Shown: one piece after another, positions 13,045-26,578 of the stretch | Layout: each line of letters starts with the position of its first letter | Numbering within the stretch: position 1 is the stretch's first letter | Source: Pristiophorus japonicus | Lineage: Eukaryota | Assembly: GCF_044704955.1 (NCBI RefSeq) | Contig: NC_091999.1 | Coordinates: 37,262,001-37,326,000, forward strand | Reading direction: 5' to 3' | Length of the DNA: 64,000 nt | Translations under genes and position numbers: made by a program | The notes under the pieces: model-generated | What the model saw: the letters and a program-made list of their open reading frames with translations, nothing else | Databases searched by the model: none | What the model was told of the DNA's origin: nothing

Positions 13045-13724
13045 CCCAGACTCCCGTCTCTTTGCCTTAACCATGATCAATTTCTTGGATATCCTGGCTT
13101 CTGCAGATTCCTTTATTGAATTTATCGATTATTCTATCTCAGTGGGGTTATTCAATGATATCAGTTTTATCCTGAGTCTAATCAACCTTTGCGGCAATCC
13201 ATCCTTCATGACCAATATATTGCTGCTCTCCACCCCATCAGGTCTCATGCATGGAGACGGCCAACATATTACGTTTGCCTGTCAATTGTAACTTGGCTCA
13301 CCATGCTATCCCTGAGCGCAGGATTGTTTTGGGGACAAAAGACGGGTTTATGGCTCACTTATAGGTAAGGCTCTGGTTTCACTCTGGGAAGGGAACCCAG
13401 TGCTAACGCTGTGCTGCGAGTTCACATTCTGCATCCCAGACCTGCTCCTTTTGATCTGCTATGCTCTGACCGCAAAGAATCAGATCGAAGTGGGAGCTGG
13501 GAAGGAATTCATGGAGCTGATGGATCATTTGGGCGATAATGGCTCTCCTGCTTTTCTGCTTTATCCCACTTCACATCATTGGACTCTATTTTTTGTTGAG
13601 GAACCTGCTGATTCCCTCAGGGAAAATCGCAACTTGGTACGTTTGTAATATTCGGGTGTATACTTGGACCCTCGCTGCCCTCAGCACTGCCCTTAATCCG
13701 CTGCTCTACATTTTCAGGTCCTAA
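13045..13724 (+). pseudogene. Decayed class A (rhodopsin-family, P2Y/nucleotide-receptor-like) GPCR fragment, TM3-TM7
   Basis: Across frames: FCRFL (start of TM3); DQYIAALHPIRSHAWRR..VTW from 13210 (DRY motif, ICL2, TM4); FCIP....ICY (TM5); FCFIPLHI (TM6); LAALSTALNPLLYIF (NPxxY, TM7). Has stops and frameshifts; the 5' end is lost at the CR1 boundary. Confidence 0.8.
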
Positions 13725-14012
13725 AGCTTTCGGTGGAGACCACGTTGTTGTTGGGTGTAACACATCACTGGCGTGTGGCCCAATGTCCCACACCCTCCCC
13801 ACATCGACCAGACTCTCGGTTACAAAGCAAAGTCGTACTTACTACTTCCAAACACGGAGTTGCGATAAGGGTATGATGAAGACGAGGCCACCTGGGAGCA
13901 ATTGATTGCAAATGGCGGAGAACTTAATGGAAGGCACTATCAATTAACCATGGTCAACTTAGGCTGGCTGCATTTATAATCAATGAGAATATGTCTCTTG
14001 ATAGCCTATAAT

Positions 14013-14334
14013 NNNNNNNNNNNNNNNNNNNNNNNNNNNNNNNNNNNNNNNNNNNNNNNNNNNNNNNNNNNNNNNNNNNNNNNNNNNNNNNNNNNNNNNN
14101 NNNNNNNNNNNNNNNNNNNNNNNNNNNNNNNNNNNNNNNNNNNNNNNNNNNNNNNNNNNNNNNNNNNNNNNNNNNNNNNNNNNNNNNNNNNNNNNNNNNN
14201 NNNNNNNNNNNNNNNNNNNNNNNNNNNNNNNNNNNNNNNNNNNNNNNNNNNNNNNNNNNNNNNNNNNNNNNNNNNNNNNNNNNNNNNNNNNNNNNNNNNN
14301 NNNNNNNNNNNNNNNNNNNNNNNNNNNNNNNNNN
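14013..14334. other. Assembly gap (N run)
   Basis: 322 Ns. Confidence 1.
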
Positions 14335-14751
14335 CTATTTGTCAATCTGTCTACCTGTCTATCTGTCTATCTAAATATCTCTGTATTTCTATCACTATGG
14401 ATCTATCACTATAATTACACTGTCACTCTATCTGCTTCGCTATTAATGGGTTGTGATGTGCTGGACTGATACCCCAGCTGATGATAATAACATCAAGAAG
14501 TAGGACATCCGTTACTGACGAGACCTTTTCGATACTGTTATGTCTCGCAGTGCAATAGATTTCCCAGTAATACACAATATGCCAGTAAGCTAAGGATGCA
14601 AGGCAATAGGATCATTTCATTCTGCTTGAAATTTGAGCGGAGTTATTGATAAATACAGATAGCAGCGCACACTGCGATTTCGATCTCCCAGTGATGACCG
14701 TGAGCATTATCGACGATCTCAACACGAACTGCAATCAGAGATAGGTGTACT

Positions 14752-17390
14752 TTGCCCTGCGGAACCCCACTGGAAAATCCTTCCATTCACAACAACATCC
14801 ATCAATCATTACCATTTGCTTCCTACCTCCAAGCCAATTTTGGATCAAACTTGCCAGTTTGCCCTGGATCTCATGGCTTTAAACTTCACGATCAGTCTAT
14901 CATGCGGGACCTTATCAAACGCCTTGCTAAAGACCATATATACTACATCATACGTTCTACCCTCATCGATCCTCTCGGTTACATCCTCAAAAAATTCAAT
15001 CAGATTAGTCAAACACGATATCCCCTTAATAAATCCGTGCTGACTGTCCCTAATTAATCAATGCCTATCCAAATGCAGATTTATCCTGTCTTTCAAGAAT
15101 TTTCCAATTATTCTCCCACCACTGACATTAGGCTGACAGGCCAGTAATTACTTGCCTATCCCTTTTTCCCTTCTTAAACAAAGGAACATTAGCAGCCCTC
15201 CTATCCTCCAGCACCATGCCCATATCCAGAGAGTACTGCAAAATTATGGTCAAGGCCTTTGCTATATCCTCTTTTACTTCGCTCAACAACCTGAGATGCA
15301 TTTCATCAGGGCCTGGGGACTTATCTACTTTCAAAGCTGCTAACCCCTTTAATACTTCCTGTCTCACTATATTTATTTCATCCAGAAAATCACACACCTG
15401 CTCTTTACCCGTATCTGCATTACCTGTTTCCTTTGTGAAAACAGATGCAAAGTATTTGTTAAGAACCCTACCAATATCTTCTGCTTCCTCACAAAGATTA
15501 TCCTCATGGTCTCTACTAGGACCTATCATTTCCGTTGTTACCCCATTACTCGTAATATATATATAGAACATTTTAGTTGTTTCCTTAATTTTACTGGCTA
15601 AGAATTTCTCGTATTCTCTCTTAGCATTCCTAATATCCTTTTTAATTTTAGCTCTTATCTTTCTATATTCCTCTAAAGATTATAAAGTATTTAGCCATTG
15701 ATATGTGACATAAGCATCCCTTTTTTCCTTAATCCTCCCCTGTAAGTCCGTCGACATCCAGGAGGCTTGATAATTATTTTTCCCAGCTTTTTCTTTAAGG
15801 GCACATATTTGGCCTGAACCTTTCGGATCTCTTCCTTGAATGCCTCCCACTATTCCGACACCGATGTACCCACAAGTAGCTGTTCCCAGTCCACTATGTC
15901 CAAATCACGCCTTAACTTAGCAAAATTAGCTTTTCCACAATTCGGAAATTTTATTTCAGTCCTATTCTTTTCCTTATCCATAATCAACTTGAATCTGAAT
16001 GATTTATGGTCACTGGCACCCAAATGCTCCGCCACTAATACCCCTTAAACTTGCCTAGCTTCTTTCCCCAAAACTAAATCCAAGACCGCCCCCTCTCATG
16101 ACGGGCTTGCTACATACTGACAAAAAAGTTCTCTTGAATGCATTTCAAGTATTCCACACCCTCTATACCCTTCACAATAAATTTGTCCCAATCAATATTT
16201 GGATAGTTAAAATCCCCTACTATTAATACCCTATGGTTTTCAGCCTTCACAGCAATTTGCCTACATGTTTGCTCCTATATCTCCCTCCCCCTGCTTGGGA
16301 GTCTATAATACACTCCCAGCAGTTTGATCACCCCTTTTTTATTTTTCAATTGGAGCCATATGGCTTCAGTTAATCATCCCTCTAACATAGCATCCCTCCT
16401 CACCGCTGTAACAGTTTCTTTAACTAGTACTGCAACACCCCTCCCCCCGCCCCCTTTTACCACACCCCCCCCCTCTCTATCATTTCAAAAAATCCTGTTG
16501 ACAGGAATATTGATGTGCCAAACCTGTCCCTCTTTCAGCCATGTTTCTGTAATGGCTATAATGTCATATTCCCAAGTGTCTTCCTATGCTCTTAGCTATA
16601 CGCCTTTTTCTTTGATGTTATGTAATCTGTATAACACTACCACGACAGGGCCTACCTTTTGGATTCCTCAGGGATCCCAGCATCACTTCGGAGCATGGTA
16701 TATAAGCCTGCCACCCACGAGGTGCCTGCACTCAGGAGTCTTATTAAAGGAGCTAAAGTCACACTTGCTCATTGTACACAGTACTCAATTTCATCCTTTA
16801 TTATGAATGTATCAGCTATACTCCTTTTATTAAAGTATATATAATTCAGCACAGGAAGACCTCCTTGCTTACTACATACTAAGTCCTGTTTCCTCTGTCT
16901 TACAGATTCGCATTCTAGATTCTTGCTATCCAGCTCCAGCTTTACATCCTTCCCTTTTGAATTCGTTCCCAGGTTCCCACCCACTGCCAGACTAGTTTAA
17001 ACTCTCCCCAACAGCACTAAAAAAACTCCCCGCGAGGATATTGGTCCCGGCGCTCTGGAGGAGCAACCCATCCGATTTGTACAGGTCCCATCTCCCCTAA
17101 AAGCGGTCACAATGCCTCAAGAATTTAAAGCACTCTCTCCTACACTAATTTTTCAGCCACGTGTTCATCCTCTCTACCCTTCTATTCTTGTACTCATTAG
17201 CACATGGCACCGGTAGTAACTTGCCGATTACTACCTTTGAGGTCGTACCCTTTAATCTTCTTCCTAGCTCTCTAAATTCTTCCTATAGGGCCTCATCCAT
17301 CATTTTACCTATGTTGTTGGTCCCGATAAGGACCACGACCTCTACTTGTTTACCCTTCCCCCCCGAGGATGCCCTGCTCCGCTCTGAGGT
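14752..17390 (-). mobile_element. Degenerate CR1 LINE (RT, endonuclease and ORF1 remnants)
   Basis: LNKYFASVFTKE, DKSPGPDEMH, VPLFKKG, HLGASDH; ORF1-like remnants near 17000-17390. Confidence 0.85.
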
Positions 17391-17399
17391 ATTATACTA

Positions 17400-18930
17400 G
17401 CATGAATATAGGATTGGTTAACGGACAGAAAACATAGAGTCTGCTTAAATGGGTCATTTTTGGGTGGGCACGCTGTAACCAATGGGTCGGTGCTTGGGCC
17501 CCAGCTAGTCATAACCTATATCAATTATTTTTGAGGGGCCCAACTGCAATATATCCAATAGCTTAACATTTATCCACATTATATTCCATTTGCCATGTTC
17601 TTGCCCATTCAGTTAGCCTGGCTATATCGCATTGAAGCCTCTTTGCATCCTCCTCAGACCTTACATTCCGACGAGATTTGTTTCAACAGAAAACTTGGAT
17701 ATATTGCAGTTGGGCCCCTCAGAAAATAATTGATGTAGATTACGACTAGCTGCGGCCCAAGCACCGACCCAGCAGTTACAACCTGCTCACCCTAAAATGA
17801 CCCATTTATTTCTACTCTATGTTTTCTGTCCGTTAACCAATCCTATATTTACACTAGTATAATACCCCCAATCCCATGAGCCATATTTCCGTTTAATAAT
17901 CTCTTGTGTGGCACATTTTTAAATGCCTTCTGAAAATCCAAATACACTGCAAACACTGCTTCCCACTTATCGATTCTACTAGTTATAACTTCAAAAATTT
18001 CAAGCACATTTATCCAACATGATTTCCCTTTTATAAATCCATGTAGACTCTGCGCAATCCTGCTATTATTTTCTATGTGCCTTGTAACCAGATCCTTAAT
18101 AATAAAATCCAGCATTTTCACTATGACCGATGGCAGGTTTACTGTTTTCTCTCTCTATCCTTCCTTAAATAGTGGGGTTACATTAGCTACCTTCCAATCT
18201 GCGGGAACCATTCTAGAATCCATGGAACTTTGGAAGATGACAACTAATGCATCCACTATCTCTATGGCCACCTCTTTCAAAACCCTAGGATGTAGGCCAT
18301 CAAGTCCAGGGGATTTATCGGCTTTCGGTCCCATTAATTTCTCCATTACTGTCTTTTTACTAATAATAATGTTTTTCAGTTCCTCATTCTCGCTGGAACC
18401 TTTGTTCTCCACTCTTTCCGGGAGATTTTTTGTTTCTTCTTCACTGAATACAGACACAAAGTATCTGGATAATTTCACCCCCATTTCCTTATATCCATTA
18501 TTATTTCTCCTGATTCAGCCTGTAACGAACTCATATTTACTTTCGCTAATCTTTTCTTTATTTACATACCGATGGAAGCATTTACCATCTATTTTAATAT
18601 CCCTTGCTAATTTTTTCTCATAATCTTTATCCCTCTCTTTATCAATTTCTTGGTACTCCTTTGCTGAATTCTAAAATCCTCCCAATCCTCATGCTTACTG
18701 TTTTTTTTGGCAACTTTATAAGCATCTTCCTTTGATCTATTATCATCTTCAACTTCTCTCGTCACCCACGGTTGGACCACTTTTCCTGTGGGGTTTTTGT
18801 GCCCTAAAGGAATGTATGTTTGTTGTAAATTATATATTAATTCTTCAAATGCTAACCATTGCTTGTCTACTGTCACAGCTATTAATGTAGTTACCCAATG
18901 TACCTTAGCCAACTTTCCCCTCATAGCTAC
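17400..18930 (-). mobile_element. Degenerate CR1 LINE fragments (mostly minus; short plus-strand piece at 17400-17560)
   Basis: KSPGLDGLHPRVLKE, WKVANVTPLFK, HGFIKGKSC, YLDFQKAF. Confidence 0.85.
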
Positions 18931-19059
18931 TTCTGTACACTTTCTTGTTAGTGCTTTTTTGGATTTAAAACGACATTTGTCTATCTAACTGTCTCTTTAT
19001 GTTATCAATATCTCTATTATTATAATATGTGGAGTGAAATTATAGGGAAACATGGAGTG

Positions 19060-19510
19060 AAGGTTTGAAGGTCACTGGCGGATACTTGGGGTGATGTTCA
19101 GTGTGTTCAGGGAGATGGCATCAGAGGGAATGGAACAGAGCTGGGAGACAGGATTCCCTGGGGTGAAATGCAGTGAAGTCAGCGAGATGGTATTAAAGGG
19201 AATGTAGCAGAGCAGGGAGACAGGATCCCTGGGGTGATTTTCAGTGAGTTCAGGGAGATGGCATCAGAGGGAATGTAGCAGAGCTGGGAGAAAGTAACCC
19301 TGGGGTGATGATCAGTGAGTTCGGGAAATGGTATTAGAGAGAATGAAGCAGAGCTGGGAGAAATTAACCAGGAGCTGTGCTCAATGGGTTCAGGGAGATG
19401 GTATGAGAGGGACTGGAGGAGAGCAGTTAGAAAGGATCCCTGGGGTGATGATTGATTTCAGGCAGATGGTATCAGTTGGAATGTAGGAGAGCAGGGAGAA
19501 ACACCGTCCT
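19060..19510. repeat. Minisatellite, ~70 bp unit (GGGAGATGGCATCAGAGGGAATGTAGCAGAGCTGGGAGACAGGATCCCTGGGGTGAT...)
   Basis: About 6 tandem degenerate copies. Confidence 0.85.
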
Positions 19511-19944
19511 AGAAAGAGGAGATAGAGGGTCAGGGTTAATCTATAATCCTCAGAATGGAGAAATGGTTCCCAGATGCTGGGCCCACTCATTTCCTCAGTC
19601 CCAATAAAGCATTTGAACCCGGGTCATCTTTAAAGGTTCGAATCGGAAACAAATTATCTATTCTACTATTGCCCTGTCCGAGCAGAGGGCACACTCGTAC
19701 ACTTGTCCAGTTTAAAACTAAAATGATTTGACATCATAATTTGATTTGTCCGTCCATCACACAGTCTGTATCTAATGCGGCCGGGTCGAAGGCTGCAAAT
19801 GTACCTTCAGACGCCACGTGATACCTCATCTCCTCGCTCTCAAATACTGTCTCTCCTCCTTTCCTCTCTTTCTTGGGTATCTATGTGTGTCTAATAGAGA
19901 CATTCGAGTCTATGTCAGATAGGTGTTTGGGAATCATTCCCAGA

Positions 19945-20075
19945 GTTTGTGCTCCCTGGTATGTCTAGCAGTGTTTGATGGGTCAGTGTAGAGGGAGCTT
20001 TACACTTTATCTTAACTGGGCTATACCTGCTCTGGGAATGTTTGATGGGACAGTGTAAAGGAAGATTTAATCCAT
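19945..20075. repeat. Dispersed ~65 bp tandem unit (GGGAGTGTTTGATGGGACAGTGTAGAGGGAGCTTTACTCTG...), also at 35150-35530 and 59255-59700 in the opposite orientation
   Basis: The same unit is readable at three loci. Confidence 0.75.
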
Positions 20076-20870
20076 CACGTACTATAATGTATCAGACTGT
20101 AATGGATCAGAAACCTGCTCTTTAATATAACCTGACACGTGACAAACAATAATATTCGAGGAGACGACATGGCGCACCGCCAGTTCGCTGTGCTTTTATT
20201 CCGCCCCTGGGGCATGACATATAAAGGCAGGGGAAATGTGTCGTTACTCTGATAGGACACAGTGGCTCCTTAACCCAACGGAATTGGAGTGAAACAGAAC
20301 CCAGGCAGGACATGTGGAAAATACCTATCAGGGAAATAGAACAAAGTGTGACAGGGAAAATCGAACGGTGTGTAGCAGCCTTGGAGAAAGTAATTTAGCA
20401 AAGTCCAATTTATTCCATTTGCCATTTGCAGATGTATTAACAATTTCACAGAGAATAACGTACAGATAATTTTTAAAAAGTTAACACAAAGTGAATATAA
20501 CAATTGAGCGTCACAATGAGATCAGAACACATGCCTGAGCTGCCAGCTATCTGTACAACTGTAACTGACATTAGGGAGAGAAAACATGGGCTCAACATAA
20601 AGGGAAGGGAATAATTGAAAATTAGGAAAGAGAAAAGTGATTTATTTACACATGACATTTTCAAATAATGGGGAAACTCCGAGATACATTTACATTATAG
20701 CCACAATTATCTCACACATTTCACACAGAGAGACGGAAATCCCGGTTATGATTTTCTAAGCCACAGATTCCGGTCTATTAACTAAACGCAATTGACTCTG
20801 GGAATCACCAAGAGAACATATTTTATTTTGTGGATACAGAGATGTTAATAAACGGAAGAAATTTAACCAT

Positions 20871-20879
20871 TCACTTGAC
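20871..20879 (-). pseudogene. IGHM: IgM TM2 exon coding part (VK-stop)
   Basis: CTCTTTTACAG|GTC AAG TGA; AATAAA at 20822-20827. Confidence 0.88.
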
Positions 20880-21019
20880 CTGTAAAAGAGGGATAAAACA
20901 GTGAAACTTTGATTTCGTGGTTTGAGGCCTTTATTTCAGGGCTTGTATCAATGAAATGTTTAGATATTTATCAAACCGCTTCAATCAGTGCGAGTTATGA
21001 TTGGATTGAATCTTCTCGC

Positions 21020-21147
21020 CTTCAGTCTAGTGACTGCAGCGCTGTAGAAAATGCTCAGGAATAACAGGATGAAAAATATGGAAGTGGTTGTCGAGCTGTT
21101 GCCGCTGTCGTCCTCATAGTCTTCACTCCAGATGAGGTCTGAGGAAT
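21020..21147 (-). pseudogene. IGHM: IgM TM1 exon
   Basis: Phase-1 translation DSSDLIWSEDYEDDSGNSSTTTSIFFILLFLSIFYSAAVTRLK matches the Ig TM (CART) pattern F..LF.LS.FYS..VT; donor is GCGAGA rather than GT. Confidence 0.92.
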
Positions 21148-21799
21148 CTGCAGGAAACAAGAGGTGGAAACAAATTCAGATCGTTTATTAAGCCAAGATT
21201 TAAAAAAATATATTCTCTTTTGTTTACCTTCAGGTATTACTTTGTTCTCTAACATAATATTCAACGTATATCTTGTATTAAGTTAATTACTTTCAGCAAT
21301 CTATCTCTGTTCATAACTCCACAGTTGCTCTTCCTTTATGATCTTCCTATAGTCCGTGTTTGAAAATATGTCATTTTTTCTTCAATGCCACATGCTAATT
21401 GATTTTGCATCAATATCGGACGATCTATCATTCGGAATAATATGTGGAAATGTCAAGGAATGTTTACTGACCGATATTGATTAATTTAACGATAGATTTA
21501 GGCACCTGTTTTTTGGAGACGATCAAGGAGGCTGAATCCGAGACCAGTTATGAGTTATAATCTTGATTAATTGTTTGTTACCGTAATGCACTGAACATAA
21601 TTGACTTGTATCAGTTTCCAACAAGAACATTTATTCAATGTACGTATGGGACCACAATAAAGAAATGTGAGAGTGTATGGTATCATGAATTATTTATTCA
21701 GAGCAATCGTTGGAGACTCTGGCTGTTCAAAAGTTTATTTGAATTCTATAATTTTCTGCGTTTAATGTTTGCGTATGAATGCATGACGAGATCTTGTTT

Positions 21800-23810
21800 T
21801 AATGTCGCCTGTCTTTGCATGTTAATGTGTGTGTTAATGTGTAAGTGTGTGTCTGCGTGTGTTTTGTTTAAGTGTGTGTGTGTATATGTTTAAGTATGTG
21901 TGTTTCTGTAGATGTGTGTAGATGTGTGCAAGCTTATGTGTAAGTTTACGTGTAATTATGCGTTTTTATTGTAAGTGCATTGAAGTGTGCTTGTATATGT
22001 TTAGATGTGTGTAATTATGTAGATGCCTGTAGATGTGTGTAAGTTTATGTGTAAGTGTGTTTCTGTGTAATTATGCGTGTTTTTGTGTCAGTGCCTTGAA
22101 TTATAAGTGTGTGTGCATGTTTTTGTGTAAGTGTGTTTGCCTGTAGTTTTGTAAGTTTGTGTATGTTTATATGTCAGTCTTTGTGTGCTAATGTGTAAGT
22201 GTGTAGTCTGTTAATGTATAAATGTCTGTGATTCTGTTTAATTGTGTGTGTTCACGAGTAATTGTATGTATTTATGATTAAGTGTATATATGTTTTGTGA
22301 AAATTTGTTCATGTGTATGTGTAAGTGTTTGTGTATGTTTAGTTGCAAGTGTTTCTCCATTCATGTGTAAATGTGTATATTTGAATCTAAGTATTTGTGT
22401 TTGTGTGTGCTTTGTGTATGTTTTTGTGTGTTAACGCCGGTGTAAGTTTCTGTGTGTTAATGCTTTTGCTTGTGTGTGTTTTTGCAAGGATGTGTGTGTC
22501 TTTGCTATTTTTCAATGATTCAGAGTGTGCCAATAACTGGGTCTGACAATGATGGTGTGCATTATGTTTTGGGTATGTGTACTGTGTCAGTATGTTAACG
22601 TGTGAGTTTACGTGGAAAAAAGTGTGTGTTTACGTGTAACTCTGTGTGTGTTTATGTGTAAGTATGTGTGTTCATGTGTATCTGTCCACTTACAGAAAAA
22701 CATATATACACACAATCACAAACACACACATATAAACGCACACACTCACTTTTCCACACATTCTTCCCCGCTTTTATAAGTGTGTTCTGTGCGAGACTCA
22801 ATGTGACATCAGCCGATGAAAGGCAGCAATTAAACCGATGAGCCTCAGAAATATCAGGGCTACAACCGTAAGGAACACGCAGAGGAATCAATCACCAGTT
22901 TAGAAGTGAACTATTAAAATTCAATCTGTTAGTTTACCAATAACAATGACAAATTTACCACAAATATTAGTTGAAGATAATATATTGAATAAATATTTAA
23001 TTAACATTGAGACCAAATTACTCACATCTGATACACCACACAGAAACGGGACAGTCAACCCAACCAGTCCATCATGCGTGTATACTCCACTTGCACCTCC
23101 TGCCATCTTTCCTCATCTAAATAGCCCAATATTCCCTTCTCCCTCATATAGTTGTCTAGCCTCTCCTTATGTGTAAATGTTTGTGTATGTTTAGGTGTAA
23201 GCGTATGTGTTTGCTTATGTGTAACTGTGTGTATTTGTGCGTGTGTTGTGTAAATAAGTTTGTGTTGTGTGTGTAAATGTGTATGTGTCTTTTTTAAAGC
23301 GTATGTTTTTATGTGTGTTTTGTGTAATGTTGTGTGTATATTTCTGCTCGTGTTCCAAGTTTCAGAGAGTTTCAATAACTGGATCTGGCAATGAAGGTGC
23401 GAAGTGCATTCTTGGCATGTATAATATTCTATGTCATTGTGTTAATCTATGTTTTTATAGTTAAACGTAAATGTGTACTTACAAAAAAACACATACACTT
23501 ACACAAAATCATCAACACAGTTACACATGAACACACACAAACTGACGTTTACAAATAGTCCTCATCGCTCTGTGTAAATGTGTTCTGTGTGAGGAGCAAT
23601 GTGAATTCAGCTGAAGGAATGCAACAATTCAAACGATAGGCCTCAGAAACATCAGGGACACAACGGTGAGAAACCCGCAGAGGATTCAATCACCAGTTTA
23701 GATTTGGAACATTAAAATTCAATCTGTTAGTTTACGAATGACAAGGACAGATTTACCCCAAAAGCTACTGAAATATTATATGTTGAATATATATTTATTT
23801 TAAAATATGA
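21800..23810. repeat. TG-rich low-complexity DNA containing a diverged ~0.8 kb tandem duplication (approx. 22300-23020 / 23170-23810)
   Basis: Shared blocks CAATAACTGG.TCTG.CAATGA, GCCTCAGAAA.ATCAGGG and TCAATCACCAGTTTAGA...ATTAAAATTCAATCTGTTAGTTTAC each occur twice. Confidence 0.85.
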
Positions 23811-23904
23811 TGCCTATGCGCTAAATTTAACGTTTTTGGACAGTGAGTTAGAGGATGACTATTTACAGATGGATACTGAGATCATACAATATAGATTGAT
23901 TCAC

Positions 23905-24905
23905 CTCCCTCCCCTCTCTCTGGTGTGGGAATGGGACGTACAGTGGTTTAACAACTGCACTATTCCGCGCTCACAGGTGGTGGAGTGAGAGGCAAACAAT
24001 TGCACTTTCCCCTCTCTCAGGTGGGGCAGTGGGAGGTCAGTGGGTTAACAATTGCCCTTTCCCTTCTCTTTAGTATGTGAGTGTCTGGTACAGTGAATTA
24101 ACAATTACTCTTTTCCCTTTCTCTGGTGGGGCAATGTGAGGTACAGTGGTTTAACAATGACCCTTTCCCCACTCTCTGGTGGGGCAGAGGTATGTACATT
24201 GGGTTAACAATTGCCCTTTCCCCTCTCTCTGGTGGGGCAGTGGGAGGTCAGTGGGTTAACAATTGCCCTTTCCCTTCTCTTTAGTATGGGAGTGTCTGGT
24301 ACAGTGAATTAACAATTACCCTTTTCCCTTTCTCAGGTGGGGCAGTGGGAGGTACAGTGGTTTAACAATGACCCTTTCCCCTATCTCTGGTGGGGCAGAG
24401 GTATGTACATTGGGTTAACAATTGCCCTTTCTGTCTCTCTGGTGGGGCAGTGTGAGGTACAGTGGTTTAATAATTACCCTTTTCCCACTCGCTGGTGCGG
24501 CAGTGGGATCTACATTGGTTTAACAATTGCACTTTTTCGCTCTCTGGTGGAGCTGTGGAAGGTAAATTGATTAACAATGACACTTTCCCCCTCTCTGGTG
24601 GAGCAGTGGGAGGTACAGTGGGTTAACAATTCGCCTTTCACCCTCTCTGGTGGAGCAGTCGGAGGTACAGTGGGTTCACAATTACCCTTTCCTCTCTCTC
24701 TGTTGGGGTAGTGCCTGGTACAGGGGGTTAACAATTGCCCTTTCCGGCTCTCTGGTGGGGCAGTGGGAGTTCAGTGGGTTAACAATTGCCCTATCCGTTT
24801 TCTCGTCGGGCAGTGGGAAGCACAGTGGGATAACAATTGCCCTTTCACCGCTCTCTGCTGGGGGAGTGTCTAGTACAGTGGGTTAACAATTGCCCTTTCC
24901 CCTCC
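23905..24905. repeat. Minisatellite, ~52 bp unit (GGTACAGTGGGTTAACAATTGCCCTTTCCCCTCTCTCTGGTGGGGCAGTGGGA)
   Basis: About 19 tandem copies between the secretory exon and TM1. Confidence 0.92.
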
Positions 24906-25363
24906 CTCTGTTGGGGGTGTGGGGAGGGAGAGTTCGTGTAGGTATGTGGCCCTCATTTCAGATCGCAGTGGATGCAGTGCTGCAAAATAAAACTGGCTCC
25001 AATTCTGAAGTGATGGATAACATGAGAATCAGGGAAACTGAACTCTAACTGTGCTGTGTTTGTTTGTTGGAAATGGGAAGTTTTCAGATTCATCAGCGGG
25101 AAGAATGTTGCTGAAGTTACTTTGAGGAATAGGCTTTTGAAAGTTCTTCACTCTGTTTTAAACCCATAGTGTATCTGAGCTGGGAGCTTTGGCTGCACAA
25201 GCCTTCGGCCCAAGACTGGCAAATATCCTGCTTCAGATTGACAGCCCTCCCTTGACAAAAATTGGAAGCAAAATTAATTGAGTGGCCGCATATGTAACTC
25301 ATGATTGGAAGAATAACCCTTTATTAGTTTTTCTTTAAGAACTGAAATGTATTCGAGAGATTC

Positions 25364-25755
25364 TCATTGACAAGAATTGACGGTGTCCTTCAGAACAAGG
25401 GAAATGTTGACGAAACTGGGTTTACCGCTGGATTTATGGACGGTTCTGTTGGTGATTATCAATGGGATCGCTTCATGTCCCACCACACAGGAGTGAGAGG
25501 CGCCGCTGGCCCACTCCTCGGCTGCAATGGATAGCAGGCTGTACATGAAGAAGGATCTGCTGCCGTTCTCCGCCATCACCTCGGTGTTCTTGTAGTTGCC
25601 GGAATCCACCAGCTTGTCATTGACGGTCCACTAGACGAAGATCTCTCGGGGGGAGAAACCTCTCACTGAGCAGGTGAGGCTGACCAACCTCTGAGCAGAG
25701 AATTCCTCTACCGAGGGCAGGAGGACAGACACGGCCGGTTCCCGCAGATCTTTCC
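25364..25755 (-). pseudogene. IGHM: IgM C-mu4 plus secretory tailpiece exon
   Basis: [14 protein letters not shown]...[21 protein letters not shown]...[12 protein letters not shown]...[20 protein letters not shown]...[20 protein letters not shown]. Internal donor G|GTAAAC at 25426/25425; AATAAA at 25320-25325; in-frame TAG at 25631-25633. Confidence 0.96.
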
Positions 25756-26272
25756 CTGTAGAACAGTTACAATAAAGGCCAATGAACTGGACAGTTCCAG
25801 AGTCAACGAAATTAAAGGCTAGATATGAGAGAAATGTGATTTGCGCTAAATTTCAAAGGATTTCCTTTTTCCCCTCTGTGGCGTGTCCGGTGTTACAGCC
25901 CAGTGAAGACGGTGAAGGAAACCTTCTCTCTGGGAGGTTGAAGAGTTGTACTAGAAAATGAATTTGAAAGCACTGAAAAGAAATAGGCCATTCGACCAAC
26001 TGATCTATGCTGGCCTTTATGCTCAATAGGAGCCTCCTCCTAACATACTATGCCTATACCTCATAACATATTCTTCTATTTCTATCTCCCACATGCATTT
26101 ATATAGCTTCCCCTTAAAATGCATCATCTCAGGTCCCAGAGCGTTTAGTTCGTGAAGTGAACATTTGACTTATCAAGATAATCTATAAAACAGTTAAAAA
26201 TCTAATTGGCCCTTGCACAAGCAGCGGAAATAGTTAGAGCGTGTCACTTGTTGCTACAAAATCCCCACTCAT

Positions 26273-26578
26273 CCTTTTCCTTGTGGATGAAACCTCTTAT
26301 AGGAGTCGACATTTCGTGACGACTCACCACGCAGTAGAGCTCATCCGCTCTCAGCCAGGCTTGTGTTGAGATGTTTAAATTGCTGATCACGCTGGTGGGA
26401 TGCTCCCCCGGTTGGAGGGAAATCTGTGATTTCAAATTCTCCTTTTCTCGGGTCCAGGACAGGGTGGCCCCATAAGGAGTATCAGGCACAATGCAGGTTA
26501 GGGTCATCGCCGCCTCCAGTAAGACATGTTCTAGTGGCGGTTGAAGAGTGATTTTCGTATCTTTGCACGAAGATTCAT
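26273..26578 (-). pseudogene. IGHM: IgM C-mu3 exon
   Basis: DESSCKDTKITLQPPLEHVLLEAAMTLTCIV...SW...NISTQAWL...YCVVSRH...IHKEK. Frame is open, but the donor reads ATGAGT (GT->AT). Confidence 0.94.

Noticed and set aside
13980-14414. ORFs spanning N runs (also 49667-50146)
   Set aside because: Artefacts of assembly gaps.
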